Source of the DNA: a virus
Virus record (IMG/VR): IMGVR_UViG_3300020021_000004
Coordinates: 22,249-86,248 of that record
Length of the DNA: 64,000 nucleotides
Direction: 5' to 3' (one strand)
In this document: piece by piece, positions 45,717 through 55,598 of the stretch
Position numbering within the stretch: the first letter of the stretch is position 1
Layout: each line of letters begins with the position of its first letter
The notes under the pieces: generated by a model
Seen by the model: only the letters and a program-made list of their open reading frames with translations
Database searches by the model: none
What the model was told of the DNA's origin: nothing
Made by a program: the position numbers and the translations under genes

Positions 45717-45806
45717 TGTTGCGTTCTCCTAATTGGCTTCGTTTGCTGGGGTGGGACGATTTACATCTGGGATTTAGGAAACTTGGGGGTCGCTTTCAGA
45801 CGCGAA

Positions 45807-47183
45807 TCACGTGTCGAACACGCTCTTCACATCCGGAGCCGACGCCCAAAGACCCGACAACTTGTCGATCTCGCCGCCCGCTGAAGGAGCCGAAGCACCA
45901 CCGAGCTGTGCAACACCACCAGTTGGACGAGTGCCAACCGTGCGTGTCGAAGCCGTACGAGTCATACCTGCCGGAACGCTCGCCTGAATGGGAGTGCCAT
46001 TCTGGAGAGAGTAAGCGTGAGCTGCTTGCTGGACTTCGTCGTGGCTCGCGAACAAGGCCGTGAGGGCCTCATCCTCAGCACCGAGACGAACTTCAGTCAT
46101 GTCCATCGACGGACCTTCGAGCTGAATGTCCATCATGGCGCCAGTGCCTGCCGTCAGCATGGAGGTGTCGGTTGAAGACGCCGTCTGCTGCTGGAGCATC
46201 TGGTCCAACATCTGGTCGTCGCCCATGGGCTGCTGCTGTTGCGGCTGGCCCTGCTGACCCTGTTGCATCATCTGCGACAGCATCTGCTGAACCTGCTGCT
46301 GAGCCTGCTCCTGGCTCATCTGCTGCTGGGGCTGTTGAGCCTGCTGAAGCTGAGCCATCTGCTGGACGGCCTGCTGAGCACCCTGCTGATCACCCGACAT
46401 GAGGGCGTCACACGCCTTCTTCTGAAGGGCAGAGATCTGAGCAGCGGCTTGCTTCTGCTGGTCGTCGTCCTGATCCTTGTCGTCGTCCTTCTTCTTGAAG
46501 TTCTCGGGGATCTGACCAGCTTCTTTGTCCTGCTGTTGGCCCTTATCCTGGCCCTTGTCCTCGTCGTCCTTCTTCTTGAAGTTCTCGGGGATCTGACCAG
46601 CTTCCTTCTTGTCCTGCTGGCCCTTGTCTTGCTGACCCTTTTCCTCGTCGTCCTTCTTCTTGAAGTTCTCGGGGATCTGGCCGGCTTCCTTCTTGTCCTG
46701 TTGTTCCTTGTCCTGCTGACCCTTGTCTTCGTCTTCTTGCGAAGAGAGACGAGCCGCAGTGGCGACGATGTCGGCGTCCGCCATGTGCATGAACGCGAAG
46801 GCCTGGTCCTCGATCATCTGAGCGGAGGCAGTCTTCGGCAACATGCGCTTGGCAAGGCTCAAGCAAACGTCGGCCTTCTTCTCCAGGAAGTCGTCTTCCT
46901 CTTCGTCCTGAGCAGCCGTCTTCTCGGGATGGTTGAAAGTGTCGCCACGCATCTCGGGCATGCCGAGTTCGTTGCGCTTCACTTCGTCGCCGCTGTACTC
47001 GGCTTGCCAAGTACCGGGCGAGACGTCCTCACCGAATTCGGAGGGGCCGCCAATCTCGTACTTGTCAGCAGCGGGTTGCTGCTTCAAGTGATCTTGGTTC
47101 ATTGCTCGGGGGTCATCAGCCTTCTTGAGGCTGTTGGCCAACTTGACGATTTGGTCTCGGTTCCAAGTAGTTCGCTCGCGCAT
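45807..47183 (-). CDS. Putative scaffold/core protein, Q/K/D-rich
   Basis: Between protease and decoration/MCP; KEAGQIPENFKKKDD three times; poly-Q tract; ATG 47183 with GGAAGGT RBS. Confidence 0.65.
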   Translation of the reverse strand: MRERTTWNRDQIVKLANSLKKADDPRAMNQDHLKQQPAADKYEIGGPSEFGEDVSPGTWQAEYSGDEVKRNELGMPEMRGDTFNHPEKTAAQDEEEDDFLEKKADVCLSLAKRMLPKTASAQMIEDQAFAFMHMADADIVATAARLSSQEDEDKGQQDKEQQDKKEAGQIPENFKKKDDEEKGQQDKGQQDKKEAGQIPENFKKKDDEDKGQDKGQQQDKEAGQIPENFKKKDDDKDQDDDQQKQAAAQISALQKKACDALMSGDQQGAQQAVQQMAQLQQAQQPQQQMSQEQAQQQVQQMLSQMMQQGQQGQPQQQQPMGDDQMLDQMLQQQTASSTDTSMLTAGTGAMMDIQLEGPSMDMTEVRLGAEDEALTALFASHDEVQQAAHAYSLQNGTPIQASVPAGMTRTASTRTVGTRPTGGVAQLGGASAPSAGGEIDKLSGLWASAPDVKSVFDT

Positions 47184-47226
47184 GACGGGACACCTTCCTA
47201 TGCCCTTCACAGGGTCATAAAGAGAA

Positions 47227-48783
47227 TCACGACACCCCTAGGTCGAAGATTCGACCCTTCGTGATGAGGGCGTCACGTTCTGAGGTAGTGAGTTCTCGGC
47301 CAAAAAAGCGGCGACATGCCGCTAAATAGCTATCTACATCTCCGTAGGGTGAGACTCCGCCAACCGCCAAGACAGTGCGGTAGACACGAGTCTCCCCTGC
47401 GATCATTGATCCTTGAAACACGTCCAAAAACCGAGAGATTGCGAGCACTTCGCGACCTGAGTAAGAATTCGCTTCTCGGATCGCGTGCCAACCACCGCTC
47501 TTGAACAGCATAAGACCCGTCACGATGTGACCCGCGAGAGCCCGATCCTGTAGTTTGGACAACACCACCCTGGCGATCGATCTCCAGTGTGGGCTTCTCG
47601 ACGCTTGATGAACGAGAGTGTTATTCTCGTTCTCACTGAGATCCGCACGAGGAGTGACCTCCTTCTTGGTGATCTCCCCACGTACTTTCTCCAGGGCTTT
47701 TTCCTTGAGAATGTCCGCAAGATCGTTGACCGCTTTGTTCAGCGGGTCGTCGCCTCCACCAGCCGGGGGCTTCTTGGGGGTCGCATCATCTGCACCCTCA
47801 AATTGCTCTTCACCTTGCTGACCCAACACTGTGTGGAAGTGGTGGGGAGTCTGCACTTCACGAACGACCTGACACTCGTTCGTCTGGATCTGAGCCAGAC
47901 GAGTATCGCGAGCCGCTTTGGCGCGTAGCAGCGGATCCGCCACCGGTGCGGGCATCGAGAACGCGACCTGCATGCGGTCGCCCACCGTCGCTAGTTCTTC
48001 AGGCGTGAGGATGTCACGCAGCACAGCACCCGTGAACGCCGGATTGGCGACCCACGAGGCTTCAATGAACTTGACGCTCTGGAGGTCCGTGTAGTGACCG
48101 CACAGCTCGGCGATCTTCCGGACCTTGCCCAAGCCGTCGATGAAGGAGTTGCCCTTCATGTAACGGATGTGCGAGCACAGCTGTGTCTCGTCCTCAGCGA
48201 CGTTGCCGCACTTCGAGCACATCGTGTACGCGACCGTGCAACCCATCGAAAGCGTCGAGAGCTGCTTCGAACGGATCGCAGAGATCAACGGACGGTGCTT
48301 CAGCTCCGTCGCTACGAGGATGTCGACGTAGATCGAGTCCCCAATGTCGCGAGCTGCGGCATCGATGATCCGGCCCTTCGACATCTCAGGGATCTGAAGG
48401 TGCTCGACGTAGTTCTGGCCACCAATGAAGGTCCGGAACGTGCCGAGCAAGAGCTTGCGCTCCCAGGAATCTTGGTTGTTGTTGATGTACTTCGTCGTCC
48501 CCGGAGTGATGTAGTAGTCCGAGTACCGACGATCGATCTGGAAGTTGCCGTCGATCTGACGACCCAAAGTCCCGGGACCGTTCTCAACGTCCACGGAAGC
48601 GATGATCGTGCAGTGACTCAGCATGTACTGCTGAGGATTGAACTTCTGCACCAACATCTGCGAGTGAGCTGCTCGAGTGGCGAACGCAGAGCCCGACATC
48701 GCCTTGGCACGCACGTCGTCCCAAGCCGCCATGTTGATGACAGGTTGAGCGACTGCTGCGTTCGCGAACTTGGAGAAAGCCAT
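47227..48783 (-). CDS. Prohead maturation protease (HK97/S78-like) with Zn-finger insertion
   Basis: EH...KGRIIDA, LSMGC..CSKCG...CSH, FIEASWVANPAF (His/Ser/Glu motifs). Confidence 0.8.
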   Translation of the reverse strand: MAFSKFANAAVAQPVINMAAWDDVRAKAMSGSAFATRAAHSQMLVQKFNPQQYMLSHCTIIASVDVENGPGTLGRQIDGNFQIDRRYSDYYITPGTTKYINNNQDSWERKLLLGTFRTFIGGQNYVEHLQIPEMSKGRIIDAAARDIGDSIYVDILVATELKHRPLISAIRSKQLSTLSMGCTVAYTMCSKCGNVAEDETQLCSHIRYMKGNSFIDGLGKVRKIAELCGHYTDLQSVKFIEASWVANPAFTGAVLRDILTPEELATVGDRMQVAFSMPAPVADPLLRAKAARDTRLAQIQTNECQVVREVQTPHHFHTVLGQQGEEQFEGADDATPKKPPAGGGDDPLNKAVNDLADILKEKALEKVRGEITKKEVTPRADLSENENNTLVHQASRSPHWRSIARVVLSKLQDRALAGHIVTGLMLFKSGGWHAIREANSYSGREVLAISRFLDVFQGSMIAGETRVYRTVLAVGGVSPYGDVDSYLAACRRFFGRELTTSERDALITKGRIFDLGVS

Positions 48784-48785
48784 GT

Positions 48786-49178
48786 TCAGACCCCCTGGAA
48801 ACGAGCCACGAGGCGCTGAGCGGCGTTCTTGGGCTGGACGCCGTAATAGCGAGCCACTAGGCGCTGAGTCGCGTACTTGGGTGCTTTTCCGGTCGCCAAA
48901 TACTCGTCAATCATCTTCATGACGGCTTTGACGGGCGGCATGTGATCCACCAGAAACTCTTTGGTGAGAGCTTCCTTCAAAGCGTCGAGAGCCTGAGGGG
49001 TGGAGTCGTCGAGGTATCGCTTAACCCGAGCTTCGACCTTCTCTTTGGCCGCGAACAGCAACCCCAGGCGATAAATGTTGGGCTGCTTGGCATCCAACTT
49101 CTTGTCGTACTGAGTCAAGCGACCCACCAAGATGGTGAGAAACCCCTTCACAGTCGGAGGAACGCTCGACGTCACCAT
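48786..49178 (-). CDS. Putative internal head protein with two C-terminal RLVAR(Y/F) motifs
   Basis: ATG 49178; ends TQRLVARYY...AQRLVARFQGV. Confidence 0.6.
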   Translation of the reverse strand: MVTSSVPPTVKGFLTILVGRLTQYDKKLDAKQPNIYRLGLLFAAKEKVEARVKRYLDDSTPQALDALKEALTKEFLVDHMPPVKAVMKMIDEYLATGKAPKYATQRLVARYYGVQPKNAAQRLVARFQGV

Positions 49179-49888
49179 GTAATGGGCTCCCCTTGCGGAC
49201 CGAGGATGTCGGTCTGCTTGATGAGGTAGAGGTCCTGCGGGCACGCAAAGAGGCGCATTCGCTGACCCTCGGCCATCTTGTAGGTGGCCTTCCTCATGGC
49301 AGATCCGCACTTCGGGCAATTAGGGCGCTTTGCCGTGACTTCGTTCTTGGTCGCCCGATGCGTGCGGTTTTGGGCGAACCAATAAGTAGCGGCTTTCTGA
49401 GCATGCTGGCTCAGGAACAACTCCAGGGACGTATCGGCAAACCGATAGAGCTTCGCCACTTCATCCCGAAGAGCCTCGTCATCCGCGTACGAAGCAAACC
49501 GGTGCCACAACTCGTCGTACGCTTGGATCTCGTTGGCACCCTTATGAACCAGCCGGGCTAGTTCTTTGTGGAAGCCAGGCGGCAGCTCGGTCGTCCTCCA
49601 AGGCAGCTTGGAAGCCAACCGAGCCCGCATCTGTTCGAGCCCCGGATAGTACGAAAAGTCGTGCATCGGAGGTAGGTACGCAGCGAACTCCTTGTTCACC
49701 TTGACCACTTCCTCAGGGCTGACCCGCTCGTTGCCGAACGGCCATTGGACGTCAAGAAACCCAATGCCACGCAGGACCGCAGTTACGCGGCCCACGTACG
49801 GCGAAAGGGTAACGTTCCGGCTCGGGACGTACTTCTGTACGAAGTCCCCGGGCGCGAAGTCCTTACTCAGCTCCCAGTAATCGATCAA
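49172..49888 (-). CDS. Hypothetical head-module protein, SH3-like N-terminus and C-terminal Zn ribbon
   Basis: FAPGDFV...GRVTAV...VQWP; CPKCG...ACPQD. Confidence 0.65.
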   Translation of the reverse strand: MIDYWELSKDFAPGDFVQKYVPSRNVTLSPYVGRVTAVLRGIGFLDVQWPFGNERVSPEEVVKVNKEFAAYLPPMHDFSYYPGLEQMRARLASKLPWRTTELPPGFHKELARLVHKGANEIQAYDELWHRFASYADDEALRDEVAKLYRFADTSLELFLSQHAQKAATYWFAQNRTHRATKNEVTAKRPNCPKCGSAMRKATYKMAEGQRMRLFACPQDLYLIKQTDILGPQGEPITW

Positions 49889-49912
49889 GACGAGACCCTC
49901 CGAAGAAACGGA

Positions 49913-50308
49913 TTACGGAGCCAGTGCGCGACCCGTCTCGGACTTGCCCACTTGGACAGCCTGAGACTGGTCGTCGGCATAAGCCGACATGTAAGGCTCG
50001 TCCGCATCCGTCTGGATCGGGGCCATCGGACTGTTGAAGGTCTTCATGTAGGACTCGTCGGAGTCCTGCTGAATCACCTTCGCAGTCTTGAGGACATCGA
50101 TCTGACGACGCTGGAACGACGCCGCACCAAAGAAGCGTGTTTCCAAATCATCAGCGAGTTTGTCGATGGTCTGCACGAGCGGACGGGCATCCTCCAAGGA
50201 CATCCCCCAGCTCGCGTGATTGACCTGGATCTCGTGGGCGATTCTATCGACCCGACCCAGAAGTTCGCTGGCCGTCTTGGCCTGCTCGGCCGAAAGTTTC
50301 GTGCTCAT
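49913..50308 (-). CDS. Hypothetical head-module protein (131 aa)
   Basis: KTA motifs; (S/A)DExYM repeated twice. Confidence 0.65.
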   Translation of the reverse strand: MSTKLSAEQAKTASELLGRVDRIAHEIQVNHASWGMSLEDARPLVQTIDKLADDLETRFFGAASFQRRQIDVLKTAKVIQQDSDESYMKTFNSPMAPIQTDADEPYMSAYADDQSQAVQVGKSETGRALAP

Positions 50309-50331
50309 GTTTCGATCCTATCCGTTGGGGG

Positions 50332-53300
50332 TTAGCCCAGGTCCTTGAGGGCCTGGAGAATTGGCAACCAAGGACCGCGTTGCGACGCTTCGACGCCTGC
50401 GGCCTGCTTGATGATCAGCGTCCGCAGAGAACCGAGCTTGATGCCCGCTTCTTTCTGCTGACCCTTGTCTTTGTCGTCGTCCTTCTTGTCCTCGACCTTG
50501 TCCTTCAACCAGGGAGGCATCGACTTCTCCTCCTCGGCGATACGGTCGGCAGTCGACAACATCTCGAAGGCGAGCTTCGAGTTGGTCTTGGCGACTTCAG
50601 CTGCAAACTTGCGGATCTCGGTAGACGCCTTCATGGATGTACTGCCTCCAGTGGGAACACTGGGTGGTGGGCTAAAAGAAGAAGCGCGAAACTGTGGGAG
50701 GTAACCAGGAGTGGTCTTCTCCACTGTGATCTGGAGCGGGGTGAGGGCCGCCTGCATGCCCCGTAGGGCCATCGACTCAGATCCTTGCGGGAAGTCGATA
50801 CGCAGGACCGTCTCTGCGACCTGCCCTGTAGGCGCGATCTCGGAGGCGGACACCGTTCGAGTCACACGAGCCGCAATTTGCCCGCCCTTACGACTCTTGC
50901 CGTCTTCGTCCGTATACGAAAACTTTTGACTCTCGACCGCTGCCAAAACATCCCGGCTGATGGGAGTCGAACCCGAAACCACGAAGTATCGAGTCTCGGT
51001 CTTGAAGTTGTGATTGGCCTGGACGGTCAACAGGGTTTCACCCGGACCGGGCTCCGGAACGCCCGCTAGTTTGGCCAGAAGCTGGTTGTACTGAACCGAG
51101 TTGATGGCCCGGTTGTAGGGGCTGTCGTAGATCGCAAGGTCGAGAGCAGCCCGATAACGAGCGTCCGGCACCATTCCGTCGATCGCCACCGAAAGCATCG
51201 GGGACTTCAACCAATCACCTGCCGAGCCCAAAATGAGCTTGAAGTCCGCCTCGCCGATATCCCGCTGGTGGGGCTGAAGCCACCCGGGATACGCAGCCGG
51301 ACCATAGGCGTAAGGGTCGATACCGTGATAGACGGCGCTTTTGCTGGCAGAACCCATCACAGGTGCTGCCGAATAAGTAAAATCGCTGGCTTGCTTGTCG
51401 TTCAGCTTCGGAGGGTCCTTGACCATCTCCTCCGCCAGCTGGTCGATCTCCGAGCTTTCAGCGTCGTCGACCGAAAGCTCCTTCGAGTCCTTCTCGGGAG
51501 CCTCTTCCTCATCCAGCTTCGGGGGCTTCTTGACCTTTTCCTCAGCCTTTTGAGCTATTTCCTCACGCTCCTGATCGTCGACCGACACCTCCCCCTTCTC
51601 GTTTTTCGCAGGGGCGGGGGGCCCTGTCTCAGGCCCCTCTGTCGGTTTATCGACCGAGGGCGGTACCTTGGCAGGAGCCTTCGCGGCAAAGACATCCGGG
51701 TTCCAAACGTCTTCACCGTTTTTCGGCTGTGTCGCGGGGGCCTTCGGTTCAACAGGTTCGGGGTCGTTGAACTCCCCCGGGGGCTTATTTCGCCCCGGGT
51801 TGTCCGTGTACTCTTGAACGGCCTTCTCATGATCGGCATTTCGGGCCGACCACTCACGGTACTTGGACTCCCATTGACGGTGATGCTCTTTGTACTCTTG
51901 CTCTTCCAACGCAGGAAGAGCCGCCGAAACCATCCTTGCTTTCTTAGGGTCGAGGGCTCGCAACCTCGTCATCACCCTTGATCTAAAGAAGGTCGAGGCA
52001 GGATGAGGTGACCCGTCTTCACCATAAAGAGCGCTACGTTGATCGAAGAACTTACTGGCCGTTCGAAGGCCATTGAGGATCTCCCTAGGATCCTGCCACT
52101 CCGAAAAGGTCTCATCGTCACCCTTTAGAAACTTGTCCTTCGCCAGACCGTAGTCATTAGCCTGCAAATAGGCGGTAGCAGCCGCCTTTGCGGCAGGGTG
52201 GTCTTTCAGCTGGTCGAGCAGCGACTTGGCCGACTTGTCACTGATGTTCGCAACGTTACCCTGTTGGATTACAGTGTCGAAAACATGAGCCGCGATCTCT
52301 CCCGACTTCTCAGGAGGAGCCTTGGTCAGGACCAGCCCCGCTAACGTAGAAGCCAAAGGCTTGGGAACCCTTGATTTGCCGGTGAGGCCGCCCTTGCCCT
52401 CAAATTTCTTCGTAAGCATCGCCTTCGCGGCAAGACTCATTGCGGCGATCTGAACCTGATGTTGACGAGTCGCTTCCGACTGCTCCTCTGGAGATAAGTC
52501 GTCAAAGGACACCAGCTGCCCCTGTTCATTCTTACCCGCAGCAGGAGGCGGAACTTGATCAGGATCCGGCTGATAGAATGACGACGCCTTAGCGATCACA
52601 TCGTCCATCGCCTTGGGCTCAACCCTCTGAGCCGCGTGATACGTCTGAACGAGCGAACGCACGTCGTCCGGATGCATGTGCTTGGCGATCAGCTCTGACG
52701 AGATCTCTGGTGGAAAAGTATCGACCAGAAGGCTCAGCGCTTCTTCACGTTCAGCTGAATTGAAGGGACGTCGCTTGGGCGGAGCTATCCCCGCCTTCTC
52801 GGCCACAGTGGGCTCAGGCTTCTCCGGCTCTTCGCCATCCTTGGGCTTCTCGCCATCTTTAGGCTTCTCGCCGTCTTTGGGCTGCTCAGCCGGCTTTTCG
52901 CCATCCTTGAGCGCTTTACCCTTGGGCGCTTTGCCCTTACCCTTTGGAGTCGCGTTCTTGAGCGCTTCGTCCAAATCCCCAACCGTATTGAGGCCCTTCG
53001 GGAGCTTCACCCCAGGGAAGAACTTCGCCACCGGAAAGTCAGGGTTGTCTTTGGCGATCGACTTGAGCTGGTTCTCAGGATCTTTGACGTAATTCTTGAG
53101 GGACCCTTTGAGTTTAGGGTCCTCCTCCGCCAACTGGTTCAAAGCATCGCCAATGCCCCGATAGTACTTCTGCTTCTCGGTCTCCTCTTGAGGAGCCGAT
53201 TCCCCAGTTTTCGGGCCTTCAGGCTCAGCCTCGGGAGACTTCGCCTTATCGGGAGCTGGGCTCTGCCCAACAGGCTTGTCCTTCTGGTCTAGCTCCTGAA

Positions 53301-53715
53301 GGCGCTTACGGCGCTTCTCAGCGCGTGACTCATCCTTGTTCTCTTCGACCGCCGGAGCTGCGGGCTCAGCCGACTCATCCTCTTCGTTTTTGAGGACCTC
53401 ATACTTGCCCGGCTCGTCCTTGAGCGTATCGGGCGAGATCATCACCGTCTCGCCCGTCTCCCGGCTCTTGGCGGGGATCCGGTCCTTACCCGCACGTTTG
53501 GCACGCTCAATGAGCGCACGTGCGGCCATGGTCTTGTAGTTGCGGCTGCGGTCCTTCTTGTCCGAGGCGTCGTCCTGGTCCTTGTCGACGTCAGGACTCA
53601 CCCGTTCCCGCCGCAAATCATGCCGGGCGGGTTTCTCGGGAGGATTGGGCCGGACTAGACGCTCGGTCTCTTCCTGCTCACGCTCTGAACGGGTCTTGGT
53701 CGCCCAAACATCCAT
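50332..53715 (-). CDS. Large putative internal head/core polyprotein (1127 aa)
   Basis: Directly downstream of the portal; K/E/P-rich linkers; C-terminus KKDDDKDKGQQKEAG is shared with the scaffold. Confidence 0.65.
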   Translation of the reverse strand: MDVWATKTRSEREQEETERLVRPNPPEKPARHDLRRERVSPDVDKDQDDASDKKDRSRNYKTMAARALIERAKRAGKDRIPAKSRETGETVMISPDTLKDEPGKYEVLKNEEDESAEPAAPAVEENKDESRAEKRRKRLQELDQKDKPVGQSPAPDKAKSPEAEPEGPKTGESAPQEETEKQKYYRGIGDALNQLAEEDPKLKGSLKNYVKDPENQLKSIAKDNPDFPVAKFFPGVKLPKGLNTVGDLDEALKNATPKGKGKAPKGKALKDGEKPAEQPKDGEKPKDGEKPKDGEEPEKPEPTVAEKAGIAPPKRRPFNSAEREEALSLLVDTFPPEISSELIAKHMHPDDVRSLVQTYHAAQRVEPKAMDDVIAKASSFYQPDPDQVPPPAAGKNEQGQLVSFDDLSPEEQSEATRQHQVQIAAMSLAAKAMLTKKFEGKGGLTGKSRVPKPLASTLAGLVLTKAPPEKSGEIAAHVFDTVIQQGNVANISDKSAKSLLDQLKDHPAAKAAATAYLQANDYGLAKDKFLKGDDETFSEWQDPREILNGLRTASKFFDQRSALYGEDGSPHPASTFFRSRVMTRLRALDPKKARMVSAALPALEEQEYKEHHRQWESKYREWSARNADHEKAVQEYTDNPGRNKPPGEFNDPEPVEPKAPATQPKNGEDVWNPDVFAAKAPAKVPPSVDKPTEGPETGPPAPAKNEKGEVSVDDQEREEIAQKAEEKVKKPPKLDEEEAPEKDSKELSVDDAESSEIDQLAEEMVKDPPKLNDKQASDFTYSAAPVMGSASKSAVYHGIDPYAYGPAAYPGWLQPHQRDIGEADFKLILGSAGDWLKSPMLSVAIDGMVPDARYRAALDLAIYDSPYNRAINSVQYNQLLAKLAGVPEPGPGETLLTVQANHNFKTETRYFVVSGSTPISRDVLAAVESQKFSYTDEDGKSRKGGQIAARVTRTVSASEIAPTGQVAETVLRIDFPQGSESMALRGMQAALTPLQITVEKTTPGYLPQFRASSFSPPPSVPTGGSTSMKASTEIRKFAAEVAKTNSKLAFEMLSTADRIAEEEKSMPPWLKDKVEDKKDDDKDKGQQKEAGIKLGSLRTLIIKQAAGVEASQRGPWLPILQALKDLG

Positions 53716-53730
53716 GCAGCCCTAGAGAAA

Positions 53731-53740
53731 CGATAAAAGG
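53731..53740 (-). promoter_or_regulatory. Candidate late-promoter motif CCTTTTATCG
   Basis: In the 35-nt gap between the portal and the next gene. Confidence 0.55.
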
Positions 53741-53750
53741 GCGACCGGAT

Positions 53751-55598
53751 TTAGAACCGTCCTTTGCCTCCGCCATCCTCGTCTTCGTCCTTTTCGGGCT
53801 TCAACTTGAGGTCCATGTACTTGGCGATGCGCTCGATGACATCGGTCTTCTCGGCCAACATACGGCCCACCTCGTTGTAGAGGGACCGAGAGATCTCGTT
53901 GAAAAGTGCGTCATTGACCGTGAACATGTCGTTCTCGATCTTCACGCGGGTGTCGTTCGGGTCGATGTTCAGCATCTCCAGGATGAGGTCGATCGAGATC
54001 GAACCCTTCGAGTAGAGGTTGTACAAGGCATCGAACGTGTCCTGGCTGTCTCGGAGCGGCAGGCGGGTGAAGCTGAGCTTGGGGAAAAGCACAACCTTTT
54101 GGCCCCACTCATCCTCTTCGACGAAGCCCATGCGCTCGGCCACCGGGCGGAACAGGTAGTCCTCCACATACTCCTGAAGGATTTCCCGCAAATGCAGGTA
54201 CCGCTGATTGATGACTTCGAGCTTCAGACGGTCGCCCGAATAGAGGCTCTCGCCGCTCATCAAACTCTCGGTCACGCCAAGACCTGCGAGCAAGCGACGC
54301 TCCGTTTGCTCGTATTCCGTCGAGAGATCGAGCAGGCGGTCTCGCGAGCCCATCTCCTCCCAGTGGATCTCATAGTTGGCGACGATCGAGTAGTCAGGGT
54401 CCACAAGTGACAAGTCGACCTGCTCACGAAGCTGATCGACGTCCGTATCAGAGAGCCCCTCGGCCCACACAATACGCTTGGGCGTCATCGCTCGGCTGGC
54501 GATCGAAGTCTGCGCCTGACGGAGCTTCTCACGGTAATACAGGGTGCGGAGACAACGGTTCAGGATCGACTGACCCAAAACCTCGTCGGCACTCTTGCTG
54601 CCCGTGAGGACATACGCAAAGGATCCCTCATCAGGATCCGTCCCGAGTGGGATGAGGCGGCCATTCTCGATGTGATCCCGCACTTCATGGGGGATCTCAT
54701 CTACCAACTCGGCGGCTGTAGGGTCACCGTTACGAGCCCTTTCGATCAAAGCCTTGTCACGATCGGACGGGATTAGTTCGAGGATCGACTTGTCGGTGTA
54801 CGAGAAGGTCGAAATCAGGACCTTGTCGATCGGCAAGACGATGAGTTTGTTCCAACCCTGGTAGTTCTTGCGATAGTACTCGAACTCCTTGTCGGCAGTG
54901 GTCTCGTCTTCTTCCCAAGTGGTGGTCTCACGCTCCCCCACGTTGCCGTCTTCATCCAAAACAGCTGTCTTGGTGATCCGCTTCTGGTGCCCCACCTCAA
55001 CGGGGGCTTGGACTTCACCGTCCTCCGCAAAGATGACCGCGATGCCGTCCAACCAAAAATGGTGGGTCATCGTAATCAGCTTCTGGAACAGCTTCACCCG
55101 CTTACACATCCGCTCGAAGCGATCGAGGATGTACTTGCCGTAGTTCTCTGGGCTGGAGAACCCTTTCGGAGCCTTGCGGGGCTTCGGGGCCGCCAGCCTG
55201 ACCTTCGAGAGGGGTAGTTCGGTGTGCAGGTCTAAAGCCTGCCCGACTAGTTCGTCCGAGTTGTAGAAGTGGCGGTAAATCTCCCGCCGCTCTCGAAGCG
55301 ACTGGGGTAGTTCGAGAAAATCGGGCGAAAGCTGCGGGCTGAAGAAGTTGCCCTGCGAACTCTGAACGGTGCCTCCACCGATACCGCCCATCCCTCCAAG
55401 GCCGATCCCGCTGCCACCCACGCCGCCAAAGCCGCCAAGCTGACCGCCGTTGGCCATGCGAAGCTGCTGACGAGCCAGCTGCTCCTTGTAGGTGAGCTGG
55501 TTCGTATAGTTGTGGGCCACGTAAGGACGGTGCTGACGAACCTGCGTTCGCACCAAATACTGTGGGGCTCCCTGTCGATTGGAGTAATTCTCAGGCAT
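53751..55598 (-). CDS. Portal protein
   Basis: Downstream of TerL; RHFYNSDELVGQALDLHTELPLS, GQSILNRCLRTL and LLAGLGVTESLMSG fit portal wing/stem/crown segments. Confidence 0.8.
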   Translation of the reverse strand: MPENYSNRQGAPQYLVRTQVRQHRPYVAHNYTNQLTYKEQLARQQLRMANGGQLGGFGGVGGSGIGLGGMGGIGGGTVQSSQGNFFSPQLSPDFLELPQSLRERREIYRHFYNSDELVGQALDLHTELPLSKVRLAAPKPRKAPKGFSSPENYGKYILDRFERMCKRVKLFQKLITMTHHFWLDGIAVIFAEDGEVQAPVEVGHQKRITKTAVLDEDGNVGERETTTWEEDETTADKEFEYYRKNYQGWNKLIVLPIDKVLISTFSYTDKSILELIPSDRDKALIERARNGDPTAAELVDEIPHEVRDHIENGRLIPLGTDPDEGSFAYVLTGSKSADEVLGQSILNRCLRTLYYREKLRQAQTSIASRAMTPKRIVWAEGLSDTDVDQLREQVDLSLVDPDYSIVANYEIHWEEMGSRDRLLDLSTEYEQTERRLLAGLGVTESLMSGESLYSGDRLKLEVINQRYLHLREILQEYVEDYLFRPVAERMGFVEEDEWGQKVVLFPKLSFTRLPLRDSQDTFDALYNLYSKGSISIDLILEMLNIDPNDTRVKIENDMFTVNDALFNEISRSLYNEVGRMLAEKTDVIERIAKYMDLKLKPEKDEDEDGGGKGRF

